A stretch of DNA of 63,698 nucleotides, counting the filler, from Nemertoderma westbladi (taxonomy: Eukaryota; Animalia; Xenacoelomorpha), in the NCBI GenBank assembly GCA_032718475.1. It is 3 parts of 3 records of this genome, joined end to end, with 100 filler letters (N's around TTAATTAATTAA, not from the genome) between each part and the next. Parts side by side here need not be neighbours in the genome. Positions count along the whole stretch, not along the records: positions 1 to 31,234 come from JAUCBJ010004032.1; 2 more parts are not named here. One strand, given 5' to 3'. Below the pieces are notes generated by a model. It worked only from the letters and a program-made list of their open reading frames with translations. It searched no databases and was not told the DNA's origin. The position numbers were made by a program, and so were the translations under genes. This document shows positions 1 through 11,157 of the stretch, in pieces; the first letter of the stretch is position 1; each line of letters begins with the position of its first letter.

Positions 1-129
1 TTCTAAAATAACATTCTACTAAATAAAATTAAAGAAAACGATTATAATAAAATTACATAATAATACATACATAAATATAAAACAAAACAAATATAAAATG
101 ATATAGTCACACACCCACTCCATATGTTA

Positions 130-3100
130 TTACGTTATGGAGTCCCTAGATATTTGTCGGATTAGGGAAGTGGTCGTAGGAAGAGTATCTTGCCTTCCAT
201 AGTTTCCGGACAGTTTTTGGTCTCTTTCCAGTAAACATAAACGACCAGCTGGGTGATTGGGTTGTCGTGTTACTTTCTCCGCTCCCTTGGCCTGTCTAAT
301 CTCAGTCGGGTTAAGGTGGGGAGGCCATTCATCTTCTTCTTTACTTAGGGAGTCGGGTCCACCTAACCAGCCGGGAGTATCTATCCGTTCTTGAGGAGTC
401 GCTCCTCTGGAAGCGATGTCGGCTAGATTAATCATCTCGGGGCGATGTCTCCATTGATCTTCATTGGAGTTAATATCGTCATTATCTGAGGAGTATGGTG
501 TTCCCTCAGTTGGGTCGTCCACATCACTGCTCTCCACTTCCCCCTTTACTTGGTATACCTGTTGTTGAGGTAATCTCTCTTTGAGAGTTCTACGGGAAGG
601 ACCAGTGAAGTACCAACCTACTCTAGTTCTTACAGCATAGGTTTGTAGTGGCTGTGGTTGAGCAGGCAGTTTCTCTAATGGCTCGAGCGCCTCATGCGCG
701 TTTTGGCCGATGAGCATTTGCACTCCAGGATAATCGGTTTGGAATCGAGGTATCTCAAGATGTTGGATGCACTCGTCCTCGTCCCAGTTATAAGGATCTG
801 CTTGAGTAATAGCAAAGTTCTTTATAGCCACCATTTTTACTGACCTTATCGCTTGTGTTCCTAACTTATCCTGGGGGGTGGACAACACACCTACATAGTA
901 ATCTGCCGTCAGGGTAGATTTCCAAACCTGCATAATTCCTGACATATTCAATTTAGTCCGGAACTTGGGTTGTCCAGCAAAGATATCTTCGGCTAGTTCT
1001 TGATCGATGAATGTTCCTGTGCTGCCGGAGTCCAGGAGGGCGTTCACTATGTAGCTTTTGTTAAGACCGTGAACTCTTACCTGAACTACAGGAAATTCTC
1101 TGATTCCTACGTTGGAAGCTGGAGCTTTCCAAGATGGTTGTTTGGCGAAAGTAGTTTGGGGAAACTCCTCGTTGATGTCTTTTTCGTAAGTAAGTGCTCG
1201 ATACACTGTGGTATTTATTAGATAACAGGATTCGTTGGCATCGGAGAATTCGTCTGTATAGAATCCTTCCCATTCAGAACTTTGGTCAGTGTCGTTCACA
1301 TCACTGAATTGGACATGTAGTTCGGGCTCACTTACCTGACTCGGGTTGTCTCGTTCGAACTCACTGTGTAACAAAATGTGATGTTTCGCGCCACACTTTG
1401 CACACTTTGCGTCGGAGTAACAGGTTCGCCGTTGGTGTCCTGATCTGAGGCAATTATAGCATAACCGCTTATTCCACAGGACTGTACGTCTGTCTACAGG
1501 GGATTTCTTTAGAAATTCAGCACACGCACTCAAACGGTGGGTCCCATCACACAGCGCACAATTAGGTTTTATGTTACTTACTTTCACTTGCGTAGTTTGC
1601 TGCACTCTCGTTCTTTCTTCGGGCTTCCTCCCGCGCGTTCTGTTGGGAGACTGAGGAGGGGTCTTAGCAACTTGTTCTCTCCTATTATTGGTTCGAGCTT
1701 TGTATTTACTTACGTCCTGGGAGGTTTTGTCAATATAATAAGACCGTTCGGTGTCTTTCCCGCTGTCTTCGTCTTGGGAAACTTGGCTTTCGCCGTCATC
1801 AGTGTAACACACTGGTGTTACTCTTCTCCTGGAAGTGGGTTTATCACTTACCTTATTTTCTGATGTTTTCTCTCTGGCTTGCTTGATGAGTTGTAGTCTG
1901 ACTTCACCATCCAAGAACGACATGAGATCAGCCATGGTAGGGCTTCGTCGTTGTTGGTCATTCATGTACAACACCTTCTTGTCCCAGCGTGTACATACTC
2001 CACCCTTTGGTAAAGTAGAGACTACGGCTCCAATAACCATGGAACTCTGGTATTCGTGCGACTTACCTAACCAGTCCAGTTGTCTACAGATCTCTTGTAT
2101 TTCATCTGAAAATTCTATAATCCCACTACTAAGGAAGTGTCGGGGGGCTACCAATTTTGTATACAGATACTTAGCGATGTTGTCTTTATTACCATACCTG
2201 ATGTTTAATGTATCCCAAACTTGTCTTAATCCATCTGGATGTCCAATAAACTTTAACGCCATTGACTTGGGAGGTCCTTCCAAACACTTGATGAGGAATC
2301 TAAGTTTCTCTCCGTTAGATAGTACAGAGTTCTGTATGCTATCTTTGTAATATTCGTTGAAAGGTAACCATTTCATCTCATCCCCATTGAATTTGACGAT
2401 CTCTCCCACTTTGACCGCTTGGCGGGCTTCTGTTCTAGCCATCTGACGCGTAAAGCTTTCTTGGGCCATCGTGTTATTTAATATCGAATTATCGGTATCC
2501 AAATTTCTCGGATCATTATCAGGTCTATAGGGAATATCATTAATAACAGGTCTATAATCACCCTTAATAGGGTTTGCTATAGGAGTTTCAACTTCACTAG
2601 CAGTATAGATGCGTGTAGGCTCCACACCTTGCGCATGTGATACTTCAGACCTAACGGGTTGACTCAATGTTACCGGGGGCATTGGTATGCCTTTTTGAAT
2701 ATTGACTAATTTGTCGCGTTCTAGCGCGATACTTTGCTGCACTTCTTGCAACTCTGCTCTACTTTCCCTCACTGTTCCCTTAAGTTGGTGGACGGTTTCT
2801 TGCATCTGTCCTAGCAGGAGATTCATCCCCCGCCGTCCCTCTTCCACCCACTCAACCGCCGAAGCGGGAGTCGCCAACATAGTAGCGGGCTGACGCGGGA
2901 CGACGGGAGACAAATTATTGATTTCTCTCTCTGCTATCTGGACAGGGGTGTTTGCATGGGCTGTTCCACCGGGTACAGGCAGTGTAGTGCTATGTAAAGG
3001 GAATTTAGAGTTAAGCTCTGGAAGTGTAGGGGTCTCTAGCACAGAAGTGACTTTGGGAATTACAGGCCTAATTATTTCAGGTTCATCGACTATAGTAGGG

Positions 3101-4731
3101 AGTCTTTTGACCTGGATAAATTGTTCTATGGGTTCTGCACTACCCAAATCTGTGCTAGTTAGCTGTCTTTTAACAGCTGGGGGCAAATCAGGCAATTTGC
3201 GACGGTAATATGTTTTTCTACGCCTACTTAGATGAGATCTATCTCCTCCGCCTTCAGGGTCTGTAGTATCGCCTTCCTCCGATGATGTGTACCCTTGGCG
3301 CTTGGGAGTAGATTTTCTCATCATCTGCATCTGATTAGCAGTATACTGTTTATTTATACTATCTTGTGTCTCTTGCAGATTTTCCAACTCCAGTTGGGTA
3401 ATCCGCTCAGATGCTCTCCTTTCTGCTTCTGCCACTGCCTTTGCCACTTTTCTTTTTGCTTCTACTTCTGCCGCTGCCACCGCCTTTGCTGCTTCACTTT
3501 CTGCTTCTGCATCTGCTATAGCCGCCGCCATATCCGCCGCCTTTTGTTCCTCTATCCTTCTTTTCTTTATTTGTTCTTCTCGGACTCTAGTGAGACGGAG
3601 TTTTTCATCACATTCAGCTTGATTTGCAGCTATCATTTCAGTATCGATCGCGTCCAGTATAAGCTTGGTTCCTTCACTATTAGGGGAAAGTCCATGTAGC
3701 CGTCTCCTCAACTCTTCGTCTCCTAGGAATCGCTGATAGTCGGACAAATAAATGTCGATAGCGTCTCTAGTTCGCGGTTTCTCGGCGGCCTCTTCGCTTT
3801 TCTCTTGAGTAAGGGTGACATCAGTTGGTTCGGTGACATCAGTTGGTTCCTCATAGATTGATCTCTCAGTCAGCTGGGATTTCCACTGTGCTGTTTCCTG
3901 TACTTTGCGATCTACTCGATGTAGCCAAGTTTTGACAGCAACCTGCAGCGACGTGTCCTGTCTTCTTTTGGAAGTTTCCTCAAAGGCTGAGAGGATTAGT
4001 CGAATGCGTAGAGTTCTTTCGCGTATTTGATATAGCAGTTCTTCCTGCTCTTGAGGTCCATGAGGTTGTCGAAACAGCTGCTCTTCCAATCGCTCCAAGG
4101 ATTCGAAGAATCCCTGCACATATCCTGCTGCCGACCTCTTCCAAACAGCTGGATCCATTGTATTTTGAGCCACTCCCATCCTATGTATATCTTCCCAAGT
4201 AGCCTCAGACAGGTCCAACGGGAGTCCGAGTCCGGGAAAGTTCCATTGTGATTCAACAATAGATATCAATTCTTCCCTGGCGTATCCCGCGTAATCATCT
4301 TGGGTCGCTTGCTTATTCTTCGCCCAGTCGGCTTGATGTTCTTCCACCGCAATGAGTATAGTAGTCAGCACTGTAGCAGGAAGAGTAAGAAGGGGGTCTG
4401 AGTAGACTGTATCAGCCATCTGCACTCCATGTTCGGGAGTCAACTCTACAGTGTCCGAACTGCTGGAGCTATCAGGTCTCTGGGAAGTAGGTTCTTGACC
4501 AAGATGTTGCTGCGATAGGACAGCTGCCTCTTGGTCCCGTTTTACCTGTGCCCGAGTGCCTATGATGGACCTATGGTGGACTAGCCTAGGGTCTGATACT
4601 ACGGGAGGGATGACCTTTTTTACAGTAGGAGGTGAGCCGAACTTCTCTATTATTCGCTCCACTCTCCTATCTGAATCACAGATAGTGGTCTCGATCAGAC
4701 TGTCCGACAGGTTTTGCTGAGTGTCAGACAT
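130..4731 (-). CDS. BEL/Pao retrotransposon Gag-protease polyprotein (1533 aa); RT, most of RNase H and integrase absent
   Basis: DUF1759-like capsid region (KFNGDEMKWLPFNEYY...EKLRFLIKCLEG...WDTLNIRYGN). BEL-type Cys/His knuckles (CALCDGTHRLSAC, CYNCLRSGHQRRTC, CAKCGAKHHILLH). Aspartic protease ALLDSGS, then TRVGWYFTGP. Then only the RNase H C-terminal remnant QWRH...NLADIASRG...WLGGPDSL...EWP before the stop. Confidence 0.93.
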   Translation of the reverse strand: MSDTQQNLSDSLIETTICDSDRRVERIIEKFGSPPTVKKVIPPVVSDPRLVHHRSIIGTRAQVKRDQEAAVLSQQHLGQEPTSQRPDSSSSSDTVELTPEHGVQMADTVYSDPLLTLPATVLTTILIAVEEHQADWAKNKQATQDDYAGYAREELISIVESQWNFPGLGLPLDLSEATWEDIHRMGVAQNTMDPAVWKRSAAGYVQGFFESLERLEEQLFRQPHGPQEQEELLYQIRERTLRIRLILSAFEETSKRRQDTSLQVAVKTWLHRVDRKVQETAQWKSQLTERSIYEEPTDVTEPTDVTLTQEKSEEAAEKPRTRDAIDIYLSDYQRFLGDEELRRRLHGLSPNSEGTKLILDAIDTEMIAANQAECDEKLRLTRVREEQIKKRRIEEQKAADMAAAIADAEAESEAAKAVAAAEVEAKRKVAKAVAEAERRASERITQLELENLQETQDSINKQYTANQMQMMRKSTPKRQGYTSSEEGDTTDPEGGGDRSHLSRRRKTYYRRKLPDLPPAVKRQLTSTDLGSAEPIEQFIQVKRLPTIVDEPEIIRPVIPKVTSVLETPTLPELNSKFPLHSTTLPVPGGTAHANTPVQIAEREINNLSPVVPRQPATMLATPASAVEWVEEGRRGMNLLLGQMQETVHQLKGTVRESRAELQEVQQSIALERDKLVNIQKGIPMPPVTLSQPVRSEVSHAQGVEPTRIYTASEVETPIANPIKGDYRPVINDIPYRPDNDPRNLDTDNSILNNTMAQESFTRQMARTEARQAVKVGEIVKFNGDEMKWLPFNEYYKDSIQNSVLSNGEKLRFLIKCLEGPPKSMALKFIGHPDGLRQVWDTLNIRYGNKDNIAKYLYTKLVAPRHFLSSGIIEFSDEIQEICRQLDWLGKSHEYQSSMVIGAVVSTLPKGGVCTRWDKKVLYMNDQQRRSPTMADLMSFLDGEVRLQLIKQAREKTSENKVSDKPTSRRRVTPVCYTDDGESQVSQDEDSGKDTERSYYIDKTSQDVSKYKARTNNRREQVAKTPPQSPNRTRGRKPEERTRVQQTTQVKVSNIKPNCALCDGTHRLSACAEFLKKSPVDRRTVLWNKRLCYNCLRSGHQRRTCYSDAKCAKCGAKHHILLHSEFERDNPSQVSEPELHVQFSDVNDTDQSSEWEGFYTDEFSDANESCYLINTTVYRALTYEKDINEEFPQTTFAKQPSWKAPASNVGIREFPVVQVRVHGLNKSYIVNALLDSGSTGTFIDQELAEDIFAGQPKFRTKLNMSGIMQVWKSTLTADYYVGVLSTPQDKLGTQAIRSVKMVAIKNFAITQADPYNWDEDECIQHLEIPRFQTDYPGVQMLIGQNAHEALEPLEKLPAQPQPLQTYAVRTRVGWYFTGPSRRTLKERLPQQQVYQVKGEVESSDVDDPTEGTPYSSDNDDINSNEDQWRHRPEMINLADIASRGATPQERIDTPGWLGGPDSLSKEEDEWPPHLNPTEIRQAKGAEKVTRQPNHPAGRLCLLERDQKLSGNYGRQDTLPTTTSLIRQISRDSIT

Positions 4732-4814
4732 GTTTAGTTATACAGTTGAATGTCTACTACTATAATTTCAGTTAAAGCAAATCTAGTAATTCAGTATAAC
4801 CACAAGCCTAGCGA

Positions 4815-5115
4815 TTTATCACCGGTACCGTTACTCAGTGGAACGTGATATATATACAATATATTAGAATACCGGTATGCTTATAATATATAAGTATTAT
4901 TACAGACTAGATTTGTCACAGAGTACCGGTATATAATTTTAGCACAAATATATATATATATATAGTAGGCCTATAATGAATACCGGTATACAGCTTACAC
5001 TTATAGTATATAAGTATAATTCTGGATTAGAATTAATTACAGAGTACCGGTATGATTTCAGCTCAAATTTATAGAAATAAATATAATAAGCCTATTGTAA
5101 GTACCGGTATGTCAA
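4815..5115. repeat. Degenerate repeats built on the TACCGGTA palindrome just upstream of the gag ATG
   Basis: Several taccggta copies with similar flanks (cttata-tatataagtat; acagagtaccggtat). Confidence 0.6.
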
Positions 5116-6094
5116 TTATTTTGAGAATAATTGAATTTCTGAATATTTTAGGGCTACTTGGTTACTTTAACTTACTTTGTTACCGTTGTTTAAGCAGTAG
5201 TCCAACTGATAGTGAGACCTAGTTTTGTATGACAGGCCTACTATTTATAAATCGTTTGATTTGATTTATAATATTTATATACCCGTTATATGGGTTTTTG
5301 TCAATATTTGAAATAAATGTTATTATTTCCGGGGGTTTACTACACAGAAACTGAACGCCTCTCAGTGAAGTGCTATTTATTTGACACTAAAACTGATAAT
5401 TCTAATTTACCTAAGTTACTTAATACTACAAATTACTTACGATACGGGTGAGATTAATTCTCTAATTAAACACAACAAAATATTACGGACGAAATTTTTA
5501 GGGTAATTTTACAGGAAGTCTACAAACCAGTCCAACAAAGGGTTAGATTTCTGGCTATTACAAAGGACAGGGTACTACGGTATTTGAATAATAAGTAGTA
5601 GTAAATATATTGTACTGTCCAGATAGGAAAATACCACCGCCTGACGACCTATAACCGTATCGCTATAGGTACAACGTTATGTATCACGGATTGTTCCTAC
5701 CCAGAAGTTAATAGAGCTAACGAATGTGCCTATCAACCACTTTACAACACAAATATACTGCCTACACTAATTACTTCGGAAGGCACTGTACTCTAAACCC
5801 TAAATTAGGTACAAGTACCGGTATAACAAATAATCAGTAGTTAAATATACTTGAACAGTTAAAAGAACCACGGCATCTGCTGGAGTGACCGAAGCACAAA
5901 GTCGTCAGTCTTTACCTACGCCAAGCAGCCCTGATGTAGTACCGGGGTTAGTTTAACTATAACGGTATGTATAACAAGCACAATTACTGTAGGAATAAAC
6001 TTGGGGACATGAATGTTGCGAATAATCGCATAAACTCTGAATAATAAATATTACGCTACCCGTACAGAATACTCAAACAAATACAAACCAAACG

Positions 6095-6607
6095 CTGGCA
6101 GACTACTATCAAGCCTAAACAAACTACTGTATGTGCAGATTCTGAAACTGTTAGTTAGTATGCGTGCTAACACGGTAGTACGACTTACTCTTTAAGAGGG
6201 GATTGACCTTACAGTGTTGACTGCCCCAACTTACTAACGGCGCTTGATCAGACCAACTCTACACACGCAGCAATCCCTTCAGACCCAAAAATAGCTAGAC
6301 AACAATCCAGCCTACAAAATATTTGAGTAATAACTATTACGGTACCTGAACAGACCACACAAACAAACACAGGCTAAAACACTGGCAGACTACGATCAAG
6401 CCTAAATAAACTACAGTATATGCAGACTCTGAAACTGTTAGTTAGTATGCGTGCTAACACGGTAGTACGACTTACTCTTTAAGAGGGGATTGACCTTACA
6501 GTGTTGACTGCCCCAACTTACTAACGGCACTTTATCAGACAAACTCTACACACGCCGTAATCTCTCCAAACCCAACCACAGTCAGACAGCAGCTCAGCCT
6601 ACAATTA
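6095..6607. repeat. Tandem duplication (period 287 bp) in the 5' leader of the BEL element
   Basis: ctggcagactac...gaaactgttagttagtatgcgtgctaacacggtagtacgacttactctttaagagggg... occurs at 6095 and again at 6382, nearly identical. Confidence 0.9.
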
Positions 6608-6924
6608 TCTGAACAATCTGAGCAGGGTCACACGCCTTCTGCTCAATATTAGCCTACTAGTAAATAAAACTGACAGAAATAAGTAAGCTCCAAAAGAAAC
6701 AAGGGGTGTACAGTCCCTAATCTCTTAAACAGCCTACCGGTATACAATAATCAAAAATCGAATAATACTAAAAGTACTTGTACAGCAGTACCGGTACCGG
6801 TGATGACAGTGATTCAAAGTACCGGCTTGCAACCTTATTGCTTACTGCAATAAGATTATAAACTGTTACTGTTCGACAGAACAGTATTAAACTGTATTTA
6901 ATACTTACACTGCAATACAAGATA

Positions 6925-6933
6925 AACTGTTAC
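6925..6933 (-). promoter_or_regulatory. Non-canonical primer-binding site G-TAACAGTT
   Basis: Lies immediately after the LTR CA end. It has no TGG start and is complementary to the LTR motif AACTGTTA (7223-7230, minus strand). Confidence 0.6.
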
Positions 6934-7250
6934 TGTTCGCGCTTTTGAAGACCTTTAGCAGTTTAACCCGCCAAAATTTATATGTCTTTTCGTTAATTAA
7001 AACCACTTTAGCATACGACAATAATTTATGCTAATACGCAAAACATTAGCCGAAGTCAGCCCATGCGCGATCATTCACCCGATGGATCTACACCCGGGAG
7101 ACTGAATTCGGATGCTTGAATTGTATTATTACAGTGTAAGGTTGTAGTGTATACCTAATGTATTATTCGATAGATCGTTAATAATTAATCTCTGACAGAT
7201 ATTATTGACTTTCGGGAAATATTAACAGTTCCTTTAGGACGTGGCGCTTT
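6934..7250 (-). ncRNA. Conserved structured RNA at the 3' (U5) end of the LTR, copy 1
   Basis: Strongly conserved with 58005-58292, with compensatory changes in predicted helices (see findings). Confidence 0.7.
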
Positions 7251-8178
7251 ACCTATTTAAACAGAACTAAGACTTATACTAAACGCAACGATACTGCTGC
7301 TGATTAAAGTATAAAACGTATTCTTTAGGAAATACTTTGTTACCAATCACAATCATACACACTATTCTGCCGACAGTCAGTATATTTGATCACACATAAA
7401 GAGAGCAGTAATTGACTCGCGTAGGGTCTGCTAAATAACATTGGATTCAATACACACCACATTAATATAAATCGCAATTGTTATATATAGCCGGTCTCTC
7501 TAACCTGTAGTGTTATCAAGAAAATTGGGAATTGGGTGATTTATCCGTATTATCCAAATAGCAATATTTCCATCAACAAATATTTACAATTAATAACTGA
7601 CGGTAAAATAACAGTACAAACAATATGATTAATGAGTTAGGTGATATTCGATTCGTGAGATTAGGTAACAGTTTATACTTTCGATAATTCAAGCAGTTCT
7701 GCAGTTCACGGTACAGCAGTATCTATCCAAAAATGCCGGTGTTTCTGGCTTAGACAGCAATAACAACAAAAGTAACAACTCTCTCTCTCTCTCCAGTCAG
7801 AGCGAACACTCTCCATGATTTCCAGGAAAGCTACACGTCGACAGGAAAAATCGCCCTGATTGGCCCAAGCCAAACAAAGAACCACGCTGCCAATGGCTGT
7901 TTCCATGTCAGCAACCAGCTGCTAGATGTCGTAATATGAATCATCACGGCTAAGCTGTGAAAGGTGGTTTGTGCATTACAAGTTTTTGTCTTACCATGTC
8001 CGCTAAAACACGTATATAGCAGAATGATTTTTATGTCCGTTAAAACACCTGTAAAGGTACCTTGCGGGCGAGGGGAATATATATACAGTTAGAAAACCTT
8101 TTTTAGAGTATTCCAGCGCCGGGGGGGGAACTGGCCAGCCAAGGCAAACGTATCAGTTATCCCACAAAAGCTTTTACA
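6934..8178 (-). mobile_element. 5' LTR (1245 bp) of the BEL/Pao element
   Basis: Minus strand starts TGTAAAAGCTTTTG at 8178 and ends AAAAGCGCGAACA at 6934. Both termini match the TSD-bounded solo LTR at 57112-58292. Shared internal blocks include GGTGTTTTAxxGGACATAAAA and CCAATCAG. Confidence 0.88.
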
Positions 8179-8899
8179 GATTGTACAGGCTGACCGGGGT
8201 GCATGATAGCAAGAAAATATCTGAATATTAAAATGTTAAATACTGTATTAAAACTTGTATATTAAGAAAAAGATTAAAAATAATTATTAATTAAGAATAA
8301 ATTTTATACAGTATAGAGCAGTAGAGTAAATAGTTTCTGTATCGTTATACTGTAGTATAAAAGGTATATTTTATAAAACTTTCAGTTTCGGATATAGTAC
8401 ACGTATTAATACTGAAAAAATATGTGCTTTGTTTGTCCCCAGGATTTCCCTGACTGCCTGAAAGACATACTGTAGTCAGATACTGTAGTCTCGTTTTTAC
8501 AGGTGTCTGACATTCTGACAGTAACATACTGTAGGGCAGTATGGACATCGCCTTTACCTCTAGCTCTGCCGTACACTCAGACCTGCAGACTCTGGATACA
8601 TGGATTACCGCACCTTTAAGGACAGACACAGCATCACACAGTAATTAATGGATTTATTTCATAAAACAATATGAATGGCACTGGACATAATATAGATCAA
8701 TTTTCTTTGCTTCAGATTATATATTATTATATAATCGACAATTCTAAAGAACTGATAACTTTGTACTAATTTACTGCTAAATATGGTCCCCAGATAAAAA
8801 AATATTCGGATTATTAGTAGCATAACTACAGTATATAATTATTATTTTACTCTCAGAATTTGCCGGATAAAACATAACATACAGTAACTATGCATAACT

Positions 8900-9456
8900 A
8901 AACAAAACTAAGCTAAATGATCCAACCTTCGAAAAGTCTACAAATTTATCCTTCGTTTAGAAGGTAATTTATCCTTCGAATATAAGGTAATTTATCCTTC
9001 GAATAGTAGCATAAATTATCATTCTAAACGCAGGATAGAAACTATAAATTCATCCACCCTTCGAAAAGTCTACAAATTTAGCCTTCATTTAGAAGGATAA
9101 TTTATCCTTCGAATAGCAGCATAAATTATCCTTCTAAACGAAGGATAAAAATTATCAATTCACCCACCCTTCGAAAAGTCTACAAATTTATCCTTCGTTT
9201 AGAAGGATAATTTATCCGGCGAATAGTAGGCATATTTATCCTTCTATTTGCCGGCTAAAAACTAGCTAAATCTTCAGAATCTTCGAATAGTCTTCGAATT
9301 TATCCTTCGTTTAGAAGGATAATTTATCCTACGAATTGTAGACTGAATTATCAGACAATTTAGACGGCGAAAATGCTGATAATTTCGAAGAAAATTTATT
9401 TCGATCAAATTAGCAGCATATTAGTAGCAATTTCGAAGGATGTGACTTTGCTGGGT
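8900..9456. repeat. Subterminal repeat array of a non-autonomous DNA transposon ending in TTTGCTGGG
   Basis: Many ttatccttcg/tttagaaggataa units and ~118-bp higher-order repeats. Ends ctttgctggg; a similar end ttgctggg occurs near 33648. Confidence 0.6.
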
Positions 9457-10659
9457 CGGTCTACTTTATCAGAATATTGTACATTAACGCGAATTTACAG
9501 TATTAATACTGTTTTTTCACCGGTCAGCCGGTAATATTGATTCTGGAATTTAGAAGACGTTTGTAGTTGCGATATTTGTAACATTGCCTTCTCGCGAACT
9601 TCAAATTTAAATAGATTCGGAATGTACAGTATATAACAAAGGAGTAGTCACAACATCAGGTCAAACAAAAACAAACAGATCTGTAACGTAGAAGTGCGAT
9701 GCTTTGGCTATCTCATATCACCTAAGAATGTTATTCATCCAGTTCGCACATTCGCACAACGCACATTCCTTAATTAATTTGTACGATACAAATAGTGTAG
9801 GCCTAGTGCCGAAATTTGAACAAGTGAAATTCAAATTTCCCGCGGGAGCCATTCAGCAATTAAATCTGTACTGGCAGACTGGACCCGCTTGTCTGTGCTG
9901 ATTTACAGAGACAACCTGTACCTGTAGGACTACCACAACTGTACTGCATACTGCTGTACTGGCTTTTATTACTGTATTATTTCCTTTCCGTTATTCCGGT
10001 ACACGGTACCGTACTTCATAGACCCTATAGCCACTAGGCCTTCAGTAATATAAGTCTGTAAGTCGGTTATGTGAGTGTGGGTAGCCTACCGGCAACGGCA
10101 ATTAAAATTTCCTTCAGTGTGCCGCTAAAGGAAGTGGGCCTATCCTATGTGCCAATCGTAACATGTCAACCTCTTTTATCTGTTAAAATCCTTACAACAA
10201 TAACTATTTAAGTGGTGGCAAAAAAAGTAGGCTTTTTTTGTCGATCGTTATTATTTGGCGATCGTCAGATCGTAGTGAGACAAATAAGAAAACAAGACAA
10301 AAAATGTTACTTTTTGCAGTTTTGCCACCACTTGCGTCGTTTTATTTGTAAGTCTTATCTCACTTTAATCTGGGCCTATTTCTGCATAAATATCGTCCAT
10401 CAAAGCTTCTTCCATAGTGCAGTAGTTAAATACGTGCATTACTACTGTACTATACCTTGGGTACCCAATGGGTACCCAAGCAAATTACATTTTTTTTCAT
10501 ATAAAAAGGCTTTTATCATGATGTTTTTTCTTTCTAGAACAAAATTTGACCTTCTGACAGTAGTATGGTAGGCCCTATTTTTTTTCCAAAAAATGTTCTA
10601 GAAAAAAAATGTTTTGTACTCTACCCCATTCATATGACGAGAGATTGATATGGTACATC

Positions 10660-11021
10660 CAGAAATGGTAACATATACAGTAGTCAGACTCATATTCAAC
10701 AGTAAATTCCAATGCCGGATGTTTAGAATTAAGGCTTCCTACATCGGAAAAACATACCATCATTATAAGGTACTTGTATATTAGCACCTTAGTGCTTAGT
10801 CTTTCAGCGCATACGGAACGGCCTCTTAAACCTCAGGGTCGCTCTGAAGTTAGAGAACGATGTTATCGCATTACGAGATGTCTCGAGACAGTTTCTCTAT
10901 CTTCAATGTCGCTGAGAACCGTAGACTTCTGCTTATTAATGAGAGCTTATCAATCAAGCCTTACAAGCCGTCTATAAATAAGCAGCATGAAGGGTCGTTT
11001 ACTCTTTACCTATTTGATTAA
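10660..11021. pseudogene. Penelope-like element remnant: inverted RT fragment plus GIY-YIG endonuclease C-terminus
   Basis: Minus strand encodes LNSKHPALEFTVEYE (Penelope RT C-terminal motif). Plus strand encodes LSAHTERPLKPQGRSEVRE and, after a frameshift, DSFSIFNVAENRRLLLINESLSIKPYKPSINKQHEGSFTLYLFD* (stop 11019-11021), matching the Penelope GIY-YIG tail. Confidence 0.75.
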
Positions 11022-11157
11022 ATTTATATTGCTGTGTAGTTCTTTAGACTTTCTGTCTATCAACTGTTGTGCTTGTACAGTTGTAGTAATTGTTGCTTAT
11101 GATGTATAGCTTTGCGACTGTTCCCTTATTTTGGCGCCTTTTTAAATTGTCATTTAG

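Noticed and set aside
1000-4259. Short ORFs overlapping gag, mostly antisense
   Set aside because: Shadow ORFs of the long gag frame with no motifs.
5952-5964. TAACTATAACGGT, matching part of the I-CeuI site in LSU rRNA
   Set aside because: Only 13 nt and no flanking rRNA similarity.
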